A stretch of 64,000 bases of DNA from Candidatus Heimdallarchaeota archaeon (lineage in GTDB: Archaea > Asgardarchaeota > Heimdallarchaeia > JABLTI01). How positions within the stretch are numbered: position 1 is the first letter of the stretch; each line of letters opens with the position of its first letter. Of this stretch, positions 20,440 to 30,062 are shown one piece after another. The DNA lies in assembly GCA_018238155.1 (NCBI GenBank), contig JABCTZ010000007.1:64001-128000 (forward strand), written 5' to 3'. Under the pieces are notes generated by a model, which was not told where the DNA came from, searched no databases, and worked only from the letters and a program-made list of their open reading frames with translations. The translations under genes and the position numbers were made by a program.

Positions 20440-20985
20440 TTATTTTCCTTTTCGAAGATACCATCCTAAATCAATGATGTTTCTTAGTGCAATATTTCTT
20501 GTATCTTTGTGATTTATAATGTCATCCAAAATTTGTTCTAATTTTCCAACACCTAAAAATTCATTCTTTGTATTTACAACAATTACCTTATCACCAATAT
20601 TCACTTTTTTGGTTATTTGTGTAATAGAAGTAGATATAATATCTCGTTTGAAGAGAAAGAGCTGTTCAGCCTTCTCATTTATAACTGCTTTTATTTCAGT
20701 TTGATTGCAGAGAATACCTCCTCCTCCCAAGCTTAAAAGAAGCCCTGATTTCTTGTACTCTCCAAATCCTAATCCAACGCTATAAGGAGAAATCTTTTCA
20801 TCATTAATTACTAGATCAAAGGTTATAGGATTAACTATGAATAATTCTCTCCAATTACCTTCTCCTACCATAAATCTGTTCTCGTGGTATAATCGTTGTT
20901 TGTTCTCGTCTGAGATCCAATAAGATAATTCCTTATCTAATTGCTCTTCCTCTATTTGATTCAATTTTCTAAAGATAATTACCAT
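20440..20985 (-). CDS. Nip7-like PUA-domain ribosome biogenesis protein
   Basis: FRKL N-terminus, AEQLFLFKRDI, VIVVN...FLGVG, DLGWYLR; translationally coupled to the Nop2-like gene. Confidence 0.8.
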   Translation of the reverse strand: MVIIFRKLNQIEEEQLDKELSYWISDENKQRLYHENRFMVGEGNWRELFIVNPITFDLVINDEKISPYSVGLGFGEYKKSGLLLSLGGGGILCNQTEIKAVINEKAEQLFLFKRDIISTSITQITKKVNIGDKVIVVNTKNEFLGVGKLEQILDDIINHKDTRNIALRNIIDLGWYLRKGK

Positions 20986-20986
20986 C

Positions 20987-21949
20987 TTATCCTTCTCCTA
21001 AATATCTGAGTTTGCAAGCGAAAAATCCTTCTGTTTTATGTATATGTGGATACAATCTAATTGCTTTGAGTAAATCTGTGTTATATGTTTTATTTTGAAC
21101 TGAAATTAAACCAGAACTAAAGTTACCTAGTTCTGTTTTCTCTACCACTAAATTATGTTGTTTCAACATTTCATCAATAATTTCTTCATTTTCCTCTGGT
21201 GCTGTAGAACAAGTCGAATAGACAATAATACCATCCTTTTTTAGCACCTTTAGAGCTGCTTCGAACAATTGTTTCTGTAACTCTACCATACGAGCAATAT
21301 CTTCTTCATTTCTTGCCGTTCTTCTAGATTTATCAATTGCCATTAAACCTTCACCACTACAAGGTGTATCTAGTAGAATTTTGTCTGCCTTTAAATCCAG
21401 ATCACTTATATCTCGAGCGTCCATTCGTTTACAAATAACATTTTTTATTCCACATCTCCCAAGGTTTGATCGGAGAGATTTTATTCGCTCTCTAGAGATA
21501 TCAAGACAAAAAAGTGTGCCTGTATTGTTCATTAATTGGGCAATATGTGTTGCTTTTCCTCCTGGTGCTGCTGCCATATCAATAACAATTTCATCTGGTT
21601 TTGGATCAAGTAATAATACAGGTAACCAAGATGCTTTTGATTGAATGAAATAATATCCAGAAAGATATTCTATTGTGCCTCCTAAAGAAAAGGGTTCGTT
21701 TGAAACAACAAATCCATTGGCATACCATTCACAAGGAATGAGTTTGAAACCTTTATTCGTTAGCTTTTCAAATAATTCTTGTACAGAAATCTTCAATGTG
21801 TTTACTCGTATTGTTGTAGGAGGTTTGTGTTTATATGCTTCTAACATTTCTTCAGTTTCAGTTAAACCAAAAGATGAAATAAATCTTTCAATGGTACTTT
21901 TCAAATAACCATATTTTTTAGCTAATTTCTCTGCTTCAATTGAAACCAA
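20987..21949 (-). CDS. Nop2/RsmB-family RNA (cytosine-C5) methyltransferase
   Basis: DMAAAPGGKAT, ILLDTPCSGEG, VYSTCS..PEENE, GFF. Confidence 0.95.
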   Translation of the reverse strand: MVSIEAEKLAKKYGYLKSTIERFISSFGLTETEEMLEAYKHKPPTTIRVNTLKISVQELFEKLTNKGFKLIPCEWYANGFVVSNEPFSLGGTIEYLSGYYFIQSKASWLPVLLLDPKPDEIVIDMAAAPGGKATHIAQLMNNTGTLFCLDISRERIKSLRSNLGRCGIKNVICKRMDARDISDLDLKADKILLDTPCSGEGLMAIDKSRRTARNEEDIARMVELQKQLFEAALKVLKKDGIIVYSTCSTAPEENEEIIDEMLKQHNLVVEKTELGNFSSGLISVQNKTYNTDLLKAIRLYPHIHKTEGFFACKLRYLGEG

Positions 21950-22042
21950 TTAATTCACCTTTTTTTATTACTCGATTTCATAAATGGTTAGAGAAGGTTT
22001 TATATCTTTTCTGTAATACAATCATTAATTGGTGAGAATTTA

Positions 22043-22384
22043 GTGACTTTAGAGAAATCAAAAGACCAATTCGAGTACTTGAAGAGCAAACTGAACAAAT
22101 TTTTAGAGGAAAGAAATTGGAAAGAATATCATTCGCCTAAAAATATTGCTATGTCCATATCCATTGAAGCAGCAGAATTAATGGAAGTCTTTCAATGGAT
22201 TAATCCTTCTGCTCTGGAAGTTACAACTAATAAGAAACTAATGACAGAAATTGAAGATGAAGTTGCAGATATAATCATTTATACTATAAGCTTAGCACGT
22301 TCACTTGAAATTGATATTTTTCAAACTGTGATTGATAAAATGGAAAAAAACAACGTTCGATTTCCTCCTATCAAAGAAAGCTGA
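22043..22384 (+). CDS. MazG-like nucleotide pyrophosphohydrolase (DCTPP1 type)
   Basis: ERNW..YHSPKNIAMSISIEAAELME.FQW, DEVADI.IY. Confidence 0.92.
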   Translation: MTLEKSKDQFEYLKSKLNKFLEERNWKEYHSPKNIAMSISIEAAELMEVFQWINPSALEVTTNKKLMTEIEDEVADIIIYTISLARSLEIDIFQTVIDKMEKNNVRFPPIKES

Positions 22385-22690
22385 GTTTTCGTATATCATT
22401 TTGATGATATATTAGTTTAAAAAGAAAAATGAGTATTTTCACTTAATAATCATAGAAAATAATTTAATATGCCCGAATAGTAATTATAATTAATGATAAA
22501 GATTGAAAAGAATTCGATAGGAACAAGACCTCAGCTATGTCTTTATCAAAGGTCTTATAAGAAAGCATAAGATAACATCTAAATGAAAGTTTTTGCTTTC
22601 TGTGATATCGGAAAACTTTTTCGATACATAAACGGGTAATTAGAAAAAACTAAAATATTCAATATATTAACGTTCAAGGGGCAAAAGTAA

Positions 22691-23656
22691 TTGGCAATTG
22701 CAGATTTCTTTGATATAATTCCAAGTATAGGTATTTTTTGGAATACAGTAATATTTACTTCGCTAGCTTGGTTGCTAGTTGTGATTGTAATAGTAATAAT
22801 TTTTATACTAACTTCAAAAAAGAAGAAAGGCGTTGATGTTTCTGCTTTAGCTGCTCTGGCATCATCTGAACCGATGAGTGAAGAAACAGCACCAGATGCT
22901 AATCCAAAAGAAGTTATGGCTATTTTACAAATAGAACGCGTTGCAGCGAGTACTGCTTTATCTGCAGTCAAAGATGCGCGAAAATCTAAAAGAATAAGTT
23001 CAGGTGTACGTGATTCATTAGCTAATCGGTATAAAGCTCGGATTGCAAAAATTGATGCTGACTTGAAACGCAGATCTGGCGCTCAAGAATATAAATCATT
23101 AGCAGATAGTTTAGAACAATCCAGAGATCGAGTAAGAGGTGAAATTGTTCCAGGTACTGGACCAAGTTCAATACCCCCTCCTCCCCCCTCCTCAAGCACT
23201 CCAGGTATTCCATCAATTGCTCCCCCCGTACCTGGTGTCCCTCGTCCACCATCAACAGCAGGTCCTCCAAGTATTCCATCAACAGGTCCACCTAAAGTTC
23301 CCTCATTGGGCACACCTCCATCAAAACCATCTTCACCAATACCCATACCACCAAGCATCCCAACGGTATCCTCTTCCGCTAGACCTACAACTGTAGTTCC
23401 TCCAAGTGTTGCTCCTCCAACAGTTTCAACACCACCTTTACCCCCTAGATTACCTGCATCTTCCCCAATTGCTCCTCCAACAACATCAAATATAGCTCCT
23501 CCACCTGTTCCTACATCCACACCTGCAGCGTCTCCAACAGCTCCTGTTGCGCCAACTGGTGATGGCGACGGTCAAAGTATAAGTGGTTTAAGAATGGAAA
23601 TGCTGAGAGAATTAGCACGATTGAAGAAATTTATGAGTGAAGAAACTCAAGATTAA
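22691..23656 (+). CDS. Membrane-anchored proline-rich protein with C-terminal amphipathic helix (WH2- or MIM1-like)
   Basis: N-terminal TM plus KKKK, helical hairpin, about 140 aa of Pro/Ser/Thr-rich sequence, then GLRMEMLRELARLKKF and a short acidic end. Confidence 0.8.
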   Translation: MAIADFFDIIPSIGIFWNTVIFTSLAWLLVVIVIVIIFILTSKKKKGVDVSALAALASSEPMSEETAPDANPKEVMAILQIERVAASTALSAVKDARKSKRISSGVRDSLANRYKARIAKIDADLKRRSGAQEYKSLADSLEQSRDRVRGEIVPGTGPSSIPPPPPSSSTPGIPSIAPPVPGVPRPPSTAGPPSIPSTGPPKVPSLGTPPSKPSSPIPIPPSIPTVSSSARPTTVVPPSVAPPTVSTPPLPPRLPASSPIAPPTTSNIAPPPVPTSTPAASPTAPVAPTGDGDGQSISGLRMEMLRELARLKKFMSEETQD

Positions 23657-23761
23657 TTCTATAAAAAATAGAGGGAAAACTCCCTCCTAATTGTTTTTCT
23701 GAAATTGTAGAAATTGCCTTAATGTACCAAGATATAACATTAAATACTATCTTCTTGTTAT

Positions 23762-24715
23762 TTGGTATTATCTATTGGATTTGAAATGATGTCCGCAATA
23801 AAAGGAGTAATCTCAAAATTTGAAACCAAAGTTTCTATTGCACTAATCGGTTTAACCAACTCTGGTAAGACATCATTAGTAAAAAGAATTATTCAATCAC
23901 AAGACTTTTTGCAAGGTTCGATTTCAGGTATTTCTGAACTAGAATATCATACTATCGATAATTTAACACTGATTACTTGGGATTTAAAGGACCATATACC
24001 TCAATATCAATCATTATGGAAACGCTCAATTTTGGGTGCAGATGCATTATTTTTCTTAGTAGATTCAACTGATTCATCCACTTTCGAAAAAAATAAACAA
24101 CTCATATTAGAGGTAGTCGAATTTAATTCTCCAATTAAAATGCTGGTACTAGCATCAAAATCTGACCTTGAGTCTTCTGTTCCTGTAAGTAGTTTATTAG
24201 AACAACTTGAGTTGATAAGCTTAGACCGACATAAATGTACCTGCGATCTGTTCAAATTTTCTTCCCAAACAGGTGAAGGAATATATGCCATTAGTGAATG
24301 GCTAAATAAGTCATTTTTCAAACAAAAAGAACGAGCAATAAACTATGTTGAAATTAAAGCTTCACTTATTCTAAATGAAGAAACTGATCAATTATTCGAA
24401 GCATTATTTGTAGATAATCCAAATATCTTGCTATTAACTGCCTTTAGAGAGCTAAGACGCAAAGCACGAGTTTTTTCTCGAACGATGCGCATTAATGTTG
24501 TAGGAGAAGAAGTGATTGAAATAGCAAATTACAAAGTTATTTTTGTGAAAGAAAAATCTTATGTTATTGCATTTTTAACAGGTTACAATGATCCAATTAA
24601 TAGAGCCATTGAAATTGCTAGAAATGTACTATACAATGCTACTTTAATGAATGACAAGCGCCTTAACTTAAGAAAACTAATTGGTGATCTTTATCCCTTA
24701 GACCTTCCGCGATAA
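23762..24715 (+). CDS. Arf/Rag-like small GTPase with degenerate G3/G4 and a C-terminal longin/roadblock-like domain
   Basis: GLTNSGKTS, TWDLKD, LWKRS..GADALFFLVDS, LASKSD, FSSQTGEGI...EWL; about 130-aa alpha/beta C-terminal domain. Confidence 0.8.
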   Translation: MVLSIGFEMMSAIKGVISKFETKVSIALIGLTNSGKTSLVKRIIQSQDFLQGSISGISELEYHTIDNLTLITWDLKDHIPQYQSLWKRSILGADALFFLVDSTDSSTFEKNKQLILEVVEFNSPIKMLVLASKSDLESSVPVSSLLEQLELISLDRHKCTCDLFKFSSQTGEGIYAISEWLNKSFFKQKERAINYVEIKASLILNEETDQLFEALFVDNPNILLLTAFRELRRKARVFSRTMRINVVGEEVIEIANYKVIFVKEKSYVIAFLTGYNDPINRAIEIARNVLYNATLMNDKRLNLRKLIGDLYPLDLPR

Positions 24716-24746
24716 TTTTAATTCTTTTTTACTTTTCGCTGTATCT

Positions 24747-24898
24747 TTTACATAGACTACATACTTTACATAGTCTACATACTTTACATAGTCTACATAC
24801 TTTACATAGACTACATACTTTACATAGACTACATATTTTACATAGACTACATATTTTACATAGACTACATACTTTACATAGATTACATATTTTACATA
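24747..24898. repeat. Tandem repeat, 18-bp unit TTTACATAG(A/T)CTACATA(C/T), about 8.4 copies
   Basis: Units start at 24747, 24765, 24783, 24801, 24819, 24837, 24855 and 24873, with a partial unit at 24891; TACATA recurs every 9 bp. Confidence 0.98.
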
Positions 24899-25096
24899 AA
24901 TTGCAATTTATCTTATCGTTTAGTTTCTATTGGAGAACTGTTTTATTCAAAAATATGTTTCTTTTAATAAATGAATATGATCAATTTATTATCTGTTTCA
25001 ACCAAAATGATTCTATTATGGATTATGACTAATTGATTAATATTAAACTTAATCGAATAATTTTTTAAGCATAAGAAAATTACACTTTCTCACAAA

Positions 25097-25426
25097 TTGG
25101 AAATGTTGCGTTTGCACATGACACTTAAAAAAGCAATTTCATTTATACCTCCCAAATACAAAGAGCAGGAGAAATGGCACTTAAAGATCATAACAGATCG
25201 ATGCAAAGGATGCTTATTTTGTATAAACTTTTGTCCAACGGAGATACTGGAAAGTTCTCCTGAAATTAATTCTAAAGGATATCATCCCCCAAGAATCAAG
25301 GATGATATGGATATGGACGATTGTGCAAAATGTGGTTTCTGTGAATTGATTTGCCCCGAATTCTCAATATTTCTTGAGAAAGAAGATACCTCAGGTGCAA
25401 AAAAACAATCGAAAATTCGGAAATAA
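25097..25426 (+). CDS. korD: 2-oxoacid:ferredoxin oxidoreductase delta subunit (2x[4Fe-4S])
   Basis: CKGCLFCINFCP and CAKCGFCELICP, with NSKGYHP; true start may be ATG 25118. Confidence 0.88.
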   Translation: MEMLRLHMTLKKAISFIPPKYKEQEKWHLKIITDRCKGCLFCINFCPTEILESSPEINSKGYHPPRIKDDMDMDDCAKCGFCELICPEFSIFLEKEDTSGAKKQSKIRK

Positions 25427-25454
25427 CTGAATGAAACTTACAAGGCGAATTTAT

Positions 25455-26621
25455 ATGAGTAAAAAAGCACCAATACAAGATGTCTTAACTGGAGAGCACT
25501 ATATTAGTGGTAATGAAGCTATTGCAGAAGGTTGCCTAGCAGCTGGCTGTAGATTCTTTGGCGGATACCCAATCACTCCTTCGAGCGAAGTCGCAGAGAG
25601 AATGGCTCATCGCTTACCGCAAGTGGGTGGAGTTTTCATCCAAATGGAAGACGAAATCGCTTCAATTGCAACTATTTTAGGCGCTTCTTGGGCTGGCAAG
25701 AAATCCATGACCGCAACTTCGGGTCCTGGTATTTCTTTGATGATGGAGAACATAGGTCTTGGAGCCATGACTGAAACTCCCTTTGTTATTATTAATGTTC
25801 AAAGGGCTGGACCTTCAACAGGTCTCCCAACACTTGTAGGACAAGGAGATGTAATGCAAGCACGATGGGGCTCTCATGGTGACTATGAAATAATTGCTCT
25901 TTCACCCAATTCTGTGCAAGAGGCATTCGATTTATCGATTGAAGCCTTTAATCTTGCAGAGGAATATCGAACACCAGTTATAATGTTAACTGATGAATCT
26001 ATATGTCACATGGTTGAAAAACTAATTATTCCATCCAAGTCTAAAATCAAAATAAAAAACAGAAAGAAACCAACAGGTTCAAAGAAGAACCATTTGACTT
26101 TTAAACCAGATGATGACATGATTCCTCCAATGGCTGCAGCCGGAGAAGGTTACAATGTTTTTGTTACAGGGTTAACTCATGATACAAAAGGATATCCAGT
26201 AATAACACCTGAAGCACAAGAAATCTTAGTAAAACGCTTGTGTGATAAAATATTGCTAAATGAAGAAAAAATCCGATTGACAGAAGAGCACTTGACAAAA
26301 GATGCAAAAATACTTGTTATCTCATATGGAATAACTGCTCGATCTGCAAAAGGTGCGGTCAATCTTGCTCGAAAGAAAGGAATCAAAGCTGGACTACTTC
26401 GCTTAATTACAATTTGGCCTTTCCCAACAAAGCTAATTGAAAAGCTTGCAGAAAAGGTTGATGCAATTATTGTTGCAGAGATTAACAATGGGCAAATAGT
26501 CAAAGAGGTTAGAGAAGTAACTCGAAAGAGTGTTCCTGTTGTTCTGTCTTCAAAGCTAGGTGGGATTGTTCATACTCCAAAAGAAATCCTAGCGAAAATA
26601 GAGGAGGTAAATAAGAAATGA
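25455..26621 (+). CDS. korA: 2-oxoacid (2-oxoglutarate-type):ferredoxin oxidoreductase alpha subunit
   Basis: GYPITPSSE, QMEDEIAS, TATSGPG, QRAGPSTGLPT. Confidence 0.92.
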   Translation: MSKKAPIQDVLTGEHYISGNEAIAEGCLAAGCRFFGGYPITPSSEVAERMAHRLPQVGGVFIQMEDEIASIATILGASWAGKKSMTATSGPGISLMMENIGLGAMTETPFVIINVQRAGPSTGLPTLVGQGDVMQARWGSHGDYEIIALSPNSVQEAFDLSIEAFNLAEEYRTPVIMLTDESICHMVEKLIIPSKSKIKIKNRKKPTGSKKNHLTFKPDDDMIPPMAAAGEGYNVFVTGLTHDTKGYPVITPEAQEILVKRLCDKILLNEEKIRLTEEHLTKDAKILVISYGITARSAKGAVNLARKKGIKAGLLRLITIWPFPTKLIEKLAEKVDAIIVAEINNGQIVKEVREVTRKSVPVVLSSKLGGIVHTPKEILAKIEEVNKK

Positions 26622-27484
26622 CCATCTCAGAACAAAACGTTGATGATACGATACTAGAAGCAAAGAAACATCCGATGGATTACTTATTACGTTGGGATCG
26701 ACTCCCACATGTATGGTGTAGCGGTTGTGGTTTAGGTAGTGTGCTTTCATGTTTCATCCATGCAATCGTCGAATCTGGAGTAGACACTAAGAAACTTGTT
26801 GTTGTATCCGGAATCGGATGTACTGGAAGAGCATCTGGTTACTTAGAACTGGATGTATTCCATACAACACATGGTAGAGCAATACCATTTGCTATCGGAT
26901 TAAAATTAGCAAATCCTGAGCTAAAAGTAGTTGTGTTTTCAGGAGATGGTGATTTGTTCGCAATTGGTGGAAATCATATAATCCATGCTGCAAGAAGAAA
27001 TGCTGACATTACTGTAATTTGTTCAAATAATTTCATTTACGGTATGACTGGTGGTCAATTAGCACCAACAACTCCGATGGACTCTTGGACATCAACTTCC
27101 CCATACGGAAATGTTGAACCAAATTTCAATCTCTGTCATTTAGTTGCATCTGCAGGAGCAGTATATGTTGCAAGATGGACCTCTCTAAACGCAAGAAGAT
27201 TACAACAATCAATGGTAGAAGCAATCAAAAAGAAAGGATTCTCCTTCATTGAAGTAATTCCCCCATGTCCAACAACTTTTGGTAGAAGAAATAAATTTGA
27301 GGAAGGAATTAAGATGTTGGAATTCTTCAGAGATAATACGATTATCAAACATGGTATTGACCCGGGTGATGCAGAAGTTCGATTGGGTGAAGAAGTCGTT
27401 GTCGGTAAGTTTGTCGATAAAGAAGACAAACCAACATTGAGTGACCATATAGAGCGAATTCAAAATATCGCTAAACGAAGGTGA
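26618..27484 (+). CDS. korB: 2-oxoacid:ferredoxin oxidoreductase beta subunit (TPP binding)
   Basis: WCSGCG, SGIGC, HTTHGRA, GDGD...NN.IYGMTGGQ. Confidence 0.92.
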   Translation: MTISEQNVDDTILEAKKHPMDYLLRWDRLPHVWCSGCGLGSVLSCFIHAIVESGVDTKKLVVVSGIGCTGRASGYLELDVFHTTHGRAIPFAIGLKLANPELKVVVFSGDGDLFAIGGNHIIHAARRNADITVICSNNFIYGMTGGQLAPTTPMDSWTSTSPYGNVEPNFNLCHLVASAGAVYVARWTSLNARRLQQSMVEAIKKKGFSFIEVIPPCPTTFGRRNKFEEGIKMLEFFRDNTIIKHGIDPGDAEVRLGEEVVVGKFVDKEDKPTLSDHIERIQNIAKRR

Positions 27485-27488
27485 AAAA

Positions 27489-28055
27489 ATGGCAAGAATT
27501 GAAATTCGTTTGTGTGGATTTGGTGGTCAGGGTATAGCACTTATGGGTAAAATACTCGGAGCTGCTGTATCTATCTTTGAGAAGAGAAAGTCAGTAACTA
27601 CACAGTCATATGGTCCCGAAAGCAGAGGTGGTGCCAGTGCTTGTAATATTGTTATATCCGAAGAGGAAGTAGATTTTCCTTATGTAATAAATCCGGATGC
27701 ATTCATTTGTATGAGTAAGGAAGCCTATACAACACATATTGATTCTCTCAAAGAAGGTGGATGGTTTTTTTATGAAGAAAACCTCGTACCCGTTGATGAT
27801 AGGATGAATAAAGCTGGTCGTATCTTTAGTATTCCTGCAACAGCAATTGCTGAAAAAGAACTTGGTAAAAAAATAGTTGCGAATATTGTTATGGTAGGGT
27901 TCTTTGCAGAACTTAACGAATATATTGATCAAAAAGCGATTTTAAAATCTGTTTTGAAATTCGTACCAGCTCGTTTCAGGGAATTGAACGAAAAAGCGTT
28001 CAATACTGGAAAGAACTATGCAAAAAAAGTGAAAAAACAGGAGGCTAAGAAATAA
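27489..28055 (+). CDS. korC: 2-oxoacid:ferredoxin oxidoreductase gamma subunit
   Basis: GFGGQG, QSYGPESRGG, ANIVMVG. Confidence 0.92.
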   Translation: MARIEIRLCGFGGQGIALMGKILGAAVSIFEKRKSVTTQSYGPESRGGASACNIVISEEEVDFPYVINPDAFICMSKEAYTTHIDSLKEGGWFFYEENLVPVDDRMNKAGRIFSIPATAIAEKELGKKIVANIVMVGFFAELNEYIDQKAILKSVLKFVPARFRELNEKAFNTGKNYAKKVKKQEAKK

Positions 28056-28056
28056 C

Positions 28057-30051
28057 TTGTCTCAAAAAAAGAAAACAAGAGAACCAGAAGAAGCTAAACG
28101 CTTAGGTGTTTTCGTTTGTCATTGTGGTAAGAATATCGCTGCTACAGTAGACGTCGAAAATATTGCTAAAGAAGTTACTAATCTTCATGGAGTAGTTCAT
28201 GCAACAGATAGCCATTATTTGTGCTCGGAGCCAGGTCAAAAAGCACTTCAAGATGATATTAAGTATCATCGATTAGATGGAATTATTTGTGCATGTTGCT
28301 CACCAACGTTACATGAAGAAACATTCAGAAAAGCTGCATCAGATGTTGGTGTCAATAAATATGAGGTTGAAATAGCAAATATTCGAGAAAAGTGCAGCTG
28401 GGTTCATTCAGATAGAGGAAAAGCAACTGAAAAAGCAATGAAAATCATTGAAACTAAAGTTGAAAAAGCTTTGTTGAATGAAGCATTAATACCAATTTCT
28501 GTAGACGTAAATCGTAATGCAATGGTGGTTGGTGCGGGAATAACTGGAATTCAAGCTGCTCTAGATTTAGCAAACTCTGGATATCATGTTTATTTAATTG
28601 AGCAATCACCAACGATTGGTGGACACATGGCCCAATTATCTTCAACCTTCCCAACACTAGATTGTTCTCAATGTATCCTATCACCAAAAATGTCTGAAAT
28701 AGCTCATCATGATAATGTTGAGCTAATAACAAACGCTAAACTAACTGGTGTTACAGGTTTCGTAGGGAACTTCAATGCTAAAGTAACCAAGAAACCGAAA
28801 TTTGTTATTGAAGAGCTTTGTAATTTGTGTGATGATTGTGTCACAGTCTGCCCTGTAATAGTTCCAAATGACTTTGAAGGTGGACTTGGTCCAAGAAAAG
28901 CAATCTACTTACCTTTTCCACAAGCAGTTCCAAGTGCTTATATACTTGATATTGAGAATTGTTTGGGAATTCACCCACTGGTTTGTTCAAAATGTCGTGA
29001 TGCTTGCGAACAAAAAGCTATCGATTATGATATGAAAGAAGAAATCGTAGAATTAAATGTTGGCGCAATAGTAATTGCTACAGGATATGATCTCTACGAT
29101 ATCTCAAAGATTTCGGAATATGATTTTGGTCCAGAAGTTGATGTCATAGATGGATTACAATTCGAGCGTTTGTTAAGCAGTGCTGGTCCAACTGGCGGTG
29201 AAATTTTAAGACCATCTGATCACAAGAAACCAGAAACCGTTGTTTTTGTTCAATGTGTTGGTAGTAGAGATCCAGAACATCATATGGCTTATTGTAGTAA
29301 AATCTGTTGTACATACACAGGAAAACATGCTTTGCTACTTAAAGATCAAGAACCAGATACAGAAGTATATGTCTTTTATATTGATATACGAGCTGCTGGT
29401 CGAGGATATGAAGAGTTCATCGACAGAGCCCAAGAAATGGGTGTAATTTACATTAGAGGAAAACCATCAAAAATCTTCAGAGATGGAGATAAAACGATGA
29501 TTTGGGCTGCAAATACACTTACAGGTGAAAGATTAGAAGTTGAAGCCGATTTGGTTGTTTTAGCTCCTGCTATGATTCCTTCATTTGATACTAAAGTGCT
29601 TTCAGGAGTAACAAAGTGTAGCCTTGATGAATATGGATTTTTCAAGGAAGCACATGTAAAATTGAAACCAGTCGAAAGTTTGGTTCAAGGGCTATTTGTA
29701 GCTGGTGCCGCACTTTCACCAAAGGATATTCCTGAGTGTGTTTCTCAAGGTAGTGCTGCAGCATCAAAAGCAATAGCATTATTATCAAAACCACAACTTT
29801 TCCATGACCCCATAGTTGCTATTGTAAATGAACAAGCATGTAGTGGTTGTAAAGTATGTCAAAGCCTCTGCCCCTATGGTGCAATATCATTTGACTCAGT
29901 AAAGAATATTTCAGTTGTGAAAGAAATTCTCTGCCAAGGTTGTGGCACTTGTGCAAGCGCTTGCCCAAGCCAAGCATTGACTTTGAAGAATCAAACTGAT
30001 AAGCAAATCTCGAATATGATTCGAATTGCTTTGAAAACGGAGGCTAAATAA
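28057..30051 (+). CDS. hdrA: Heterodisulfide reductase subunit A (bifurcating flavoprotein)
   Basis: GVFVCHCG.NIA, NIRE.CSWVH, GAGITG, TFPTLDC, QCVGSRD, CSKICC, C-terminal ferredoxin motifs. Confidence 0.96.
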   Translation: MSQKKKTREPEEAKRLGVFVCHCGKNIAATVDVENIAKEVTNLHGVVHATDSHYLCSEPGQKALQDDIKYHRLDGIICACCSPTLHEETFRKAASDVGVNKYEVEIANIREKCSWVHSDRGKATEKAMKIIETKVEKALLNEALIPISVDVNRNAMVVGAGITGIQAALDLANSGYHVYLIEQSPTIGGHMAQLSSTFPTLDCSQCILSPKMSEIAHHDNVELITNAKLTGVTGFVGNFNAKVTKKPKFVIEELCNLCDDCVTVCPVIVPNDFEGGLGPRKAIYLPFPQAVPSAYILDIENCLGIHPLVCSKCRDACEQKAIDYDMKEEIVELNVGAIVIATGYDLYDISKISEYDFGPEVDVIDGLQFERLLSSAGPTGGEILRPSDHKKPETVVFVQCVGSRDPEHHMAYCSKICCTYTGKHALLLKDQEPDTEVYVFYIDIRAAGRGYEEFIDRAQEMGVIYIRGKPSKIFRDGDKTMIWAANTLTGERLEVEADLVVLAPAMIPSFDTKVLSGVTKCSLDEYGFFKEAHVKLKPVESLVQGLFVAGAALSPKDIPECVSQGSAAASKAIALLSKPQLFHDPIVAIVNEQACSGCKVCQSLCPYGAISFDSVKNISVVKEILCQGCGTCASACPSQALTLKNQTDKQISNMIRIALKTEAK

Positions 30052-30062
30052 GAAATAGGTGT

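Noticed and set aside
23022-23520. Gly-rich and Gln/His-rich alternative ORFs
   Set aside because: Shadows of the proline codons of the 22691-23656 gene.
24747-24898. CRISPR array
   Set aside because: Units are directly adjacent with no unique spacers, and no cas genes are in the window.
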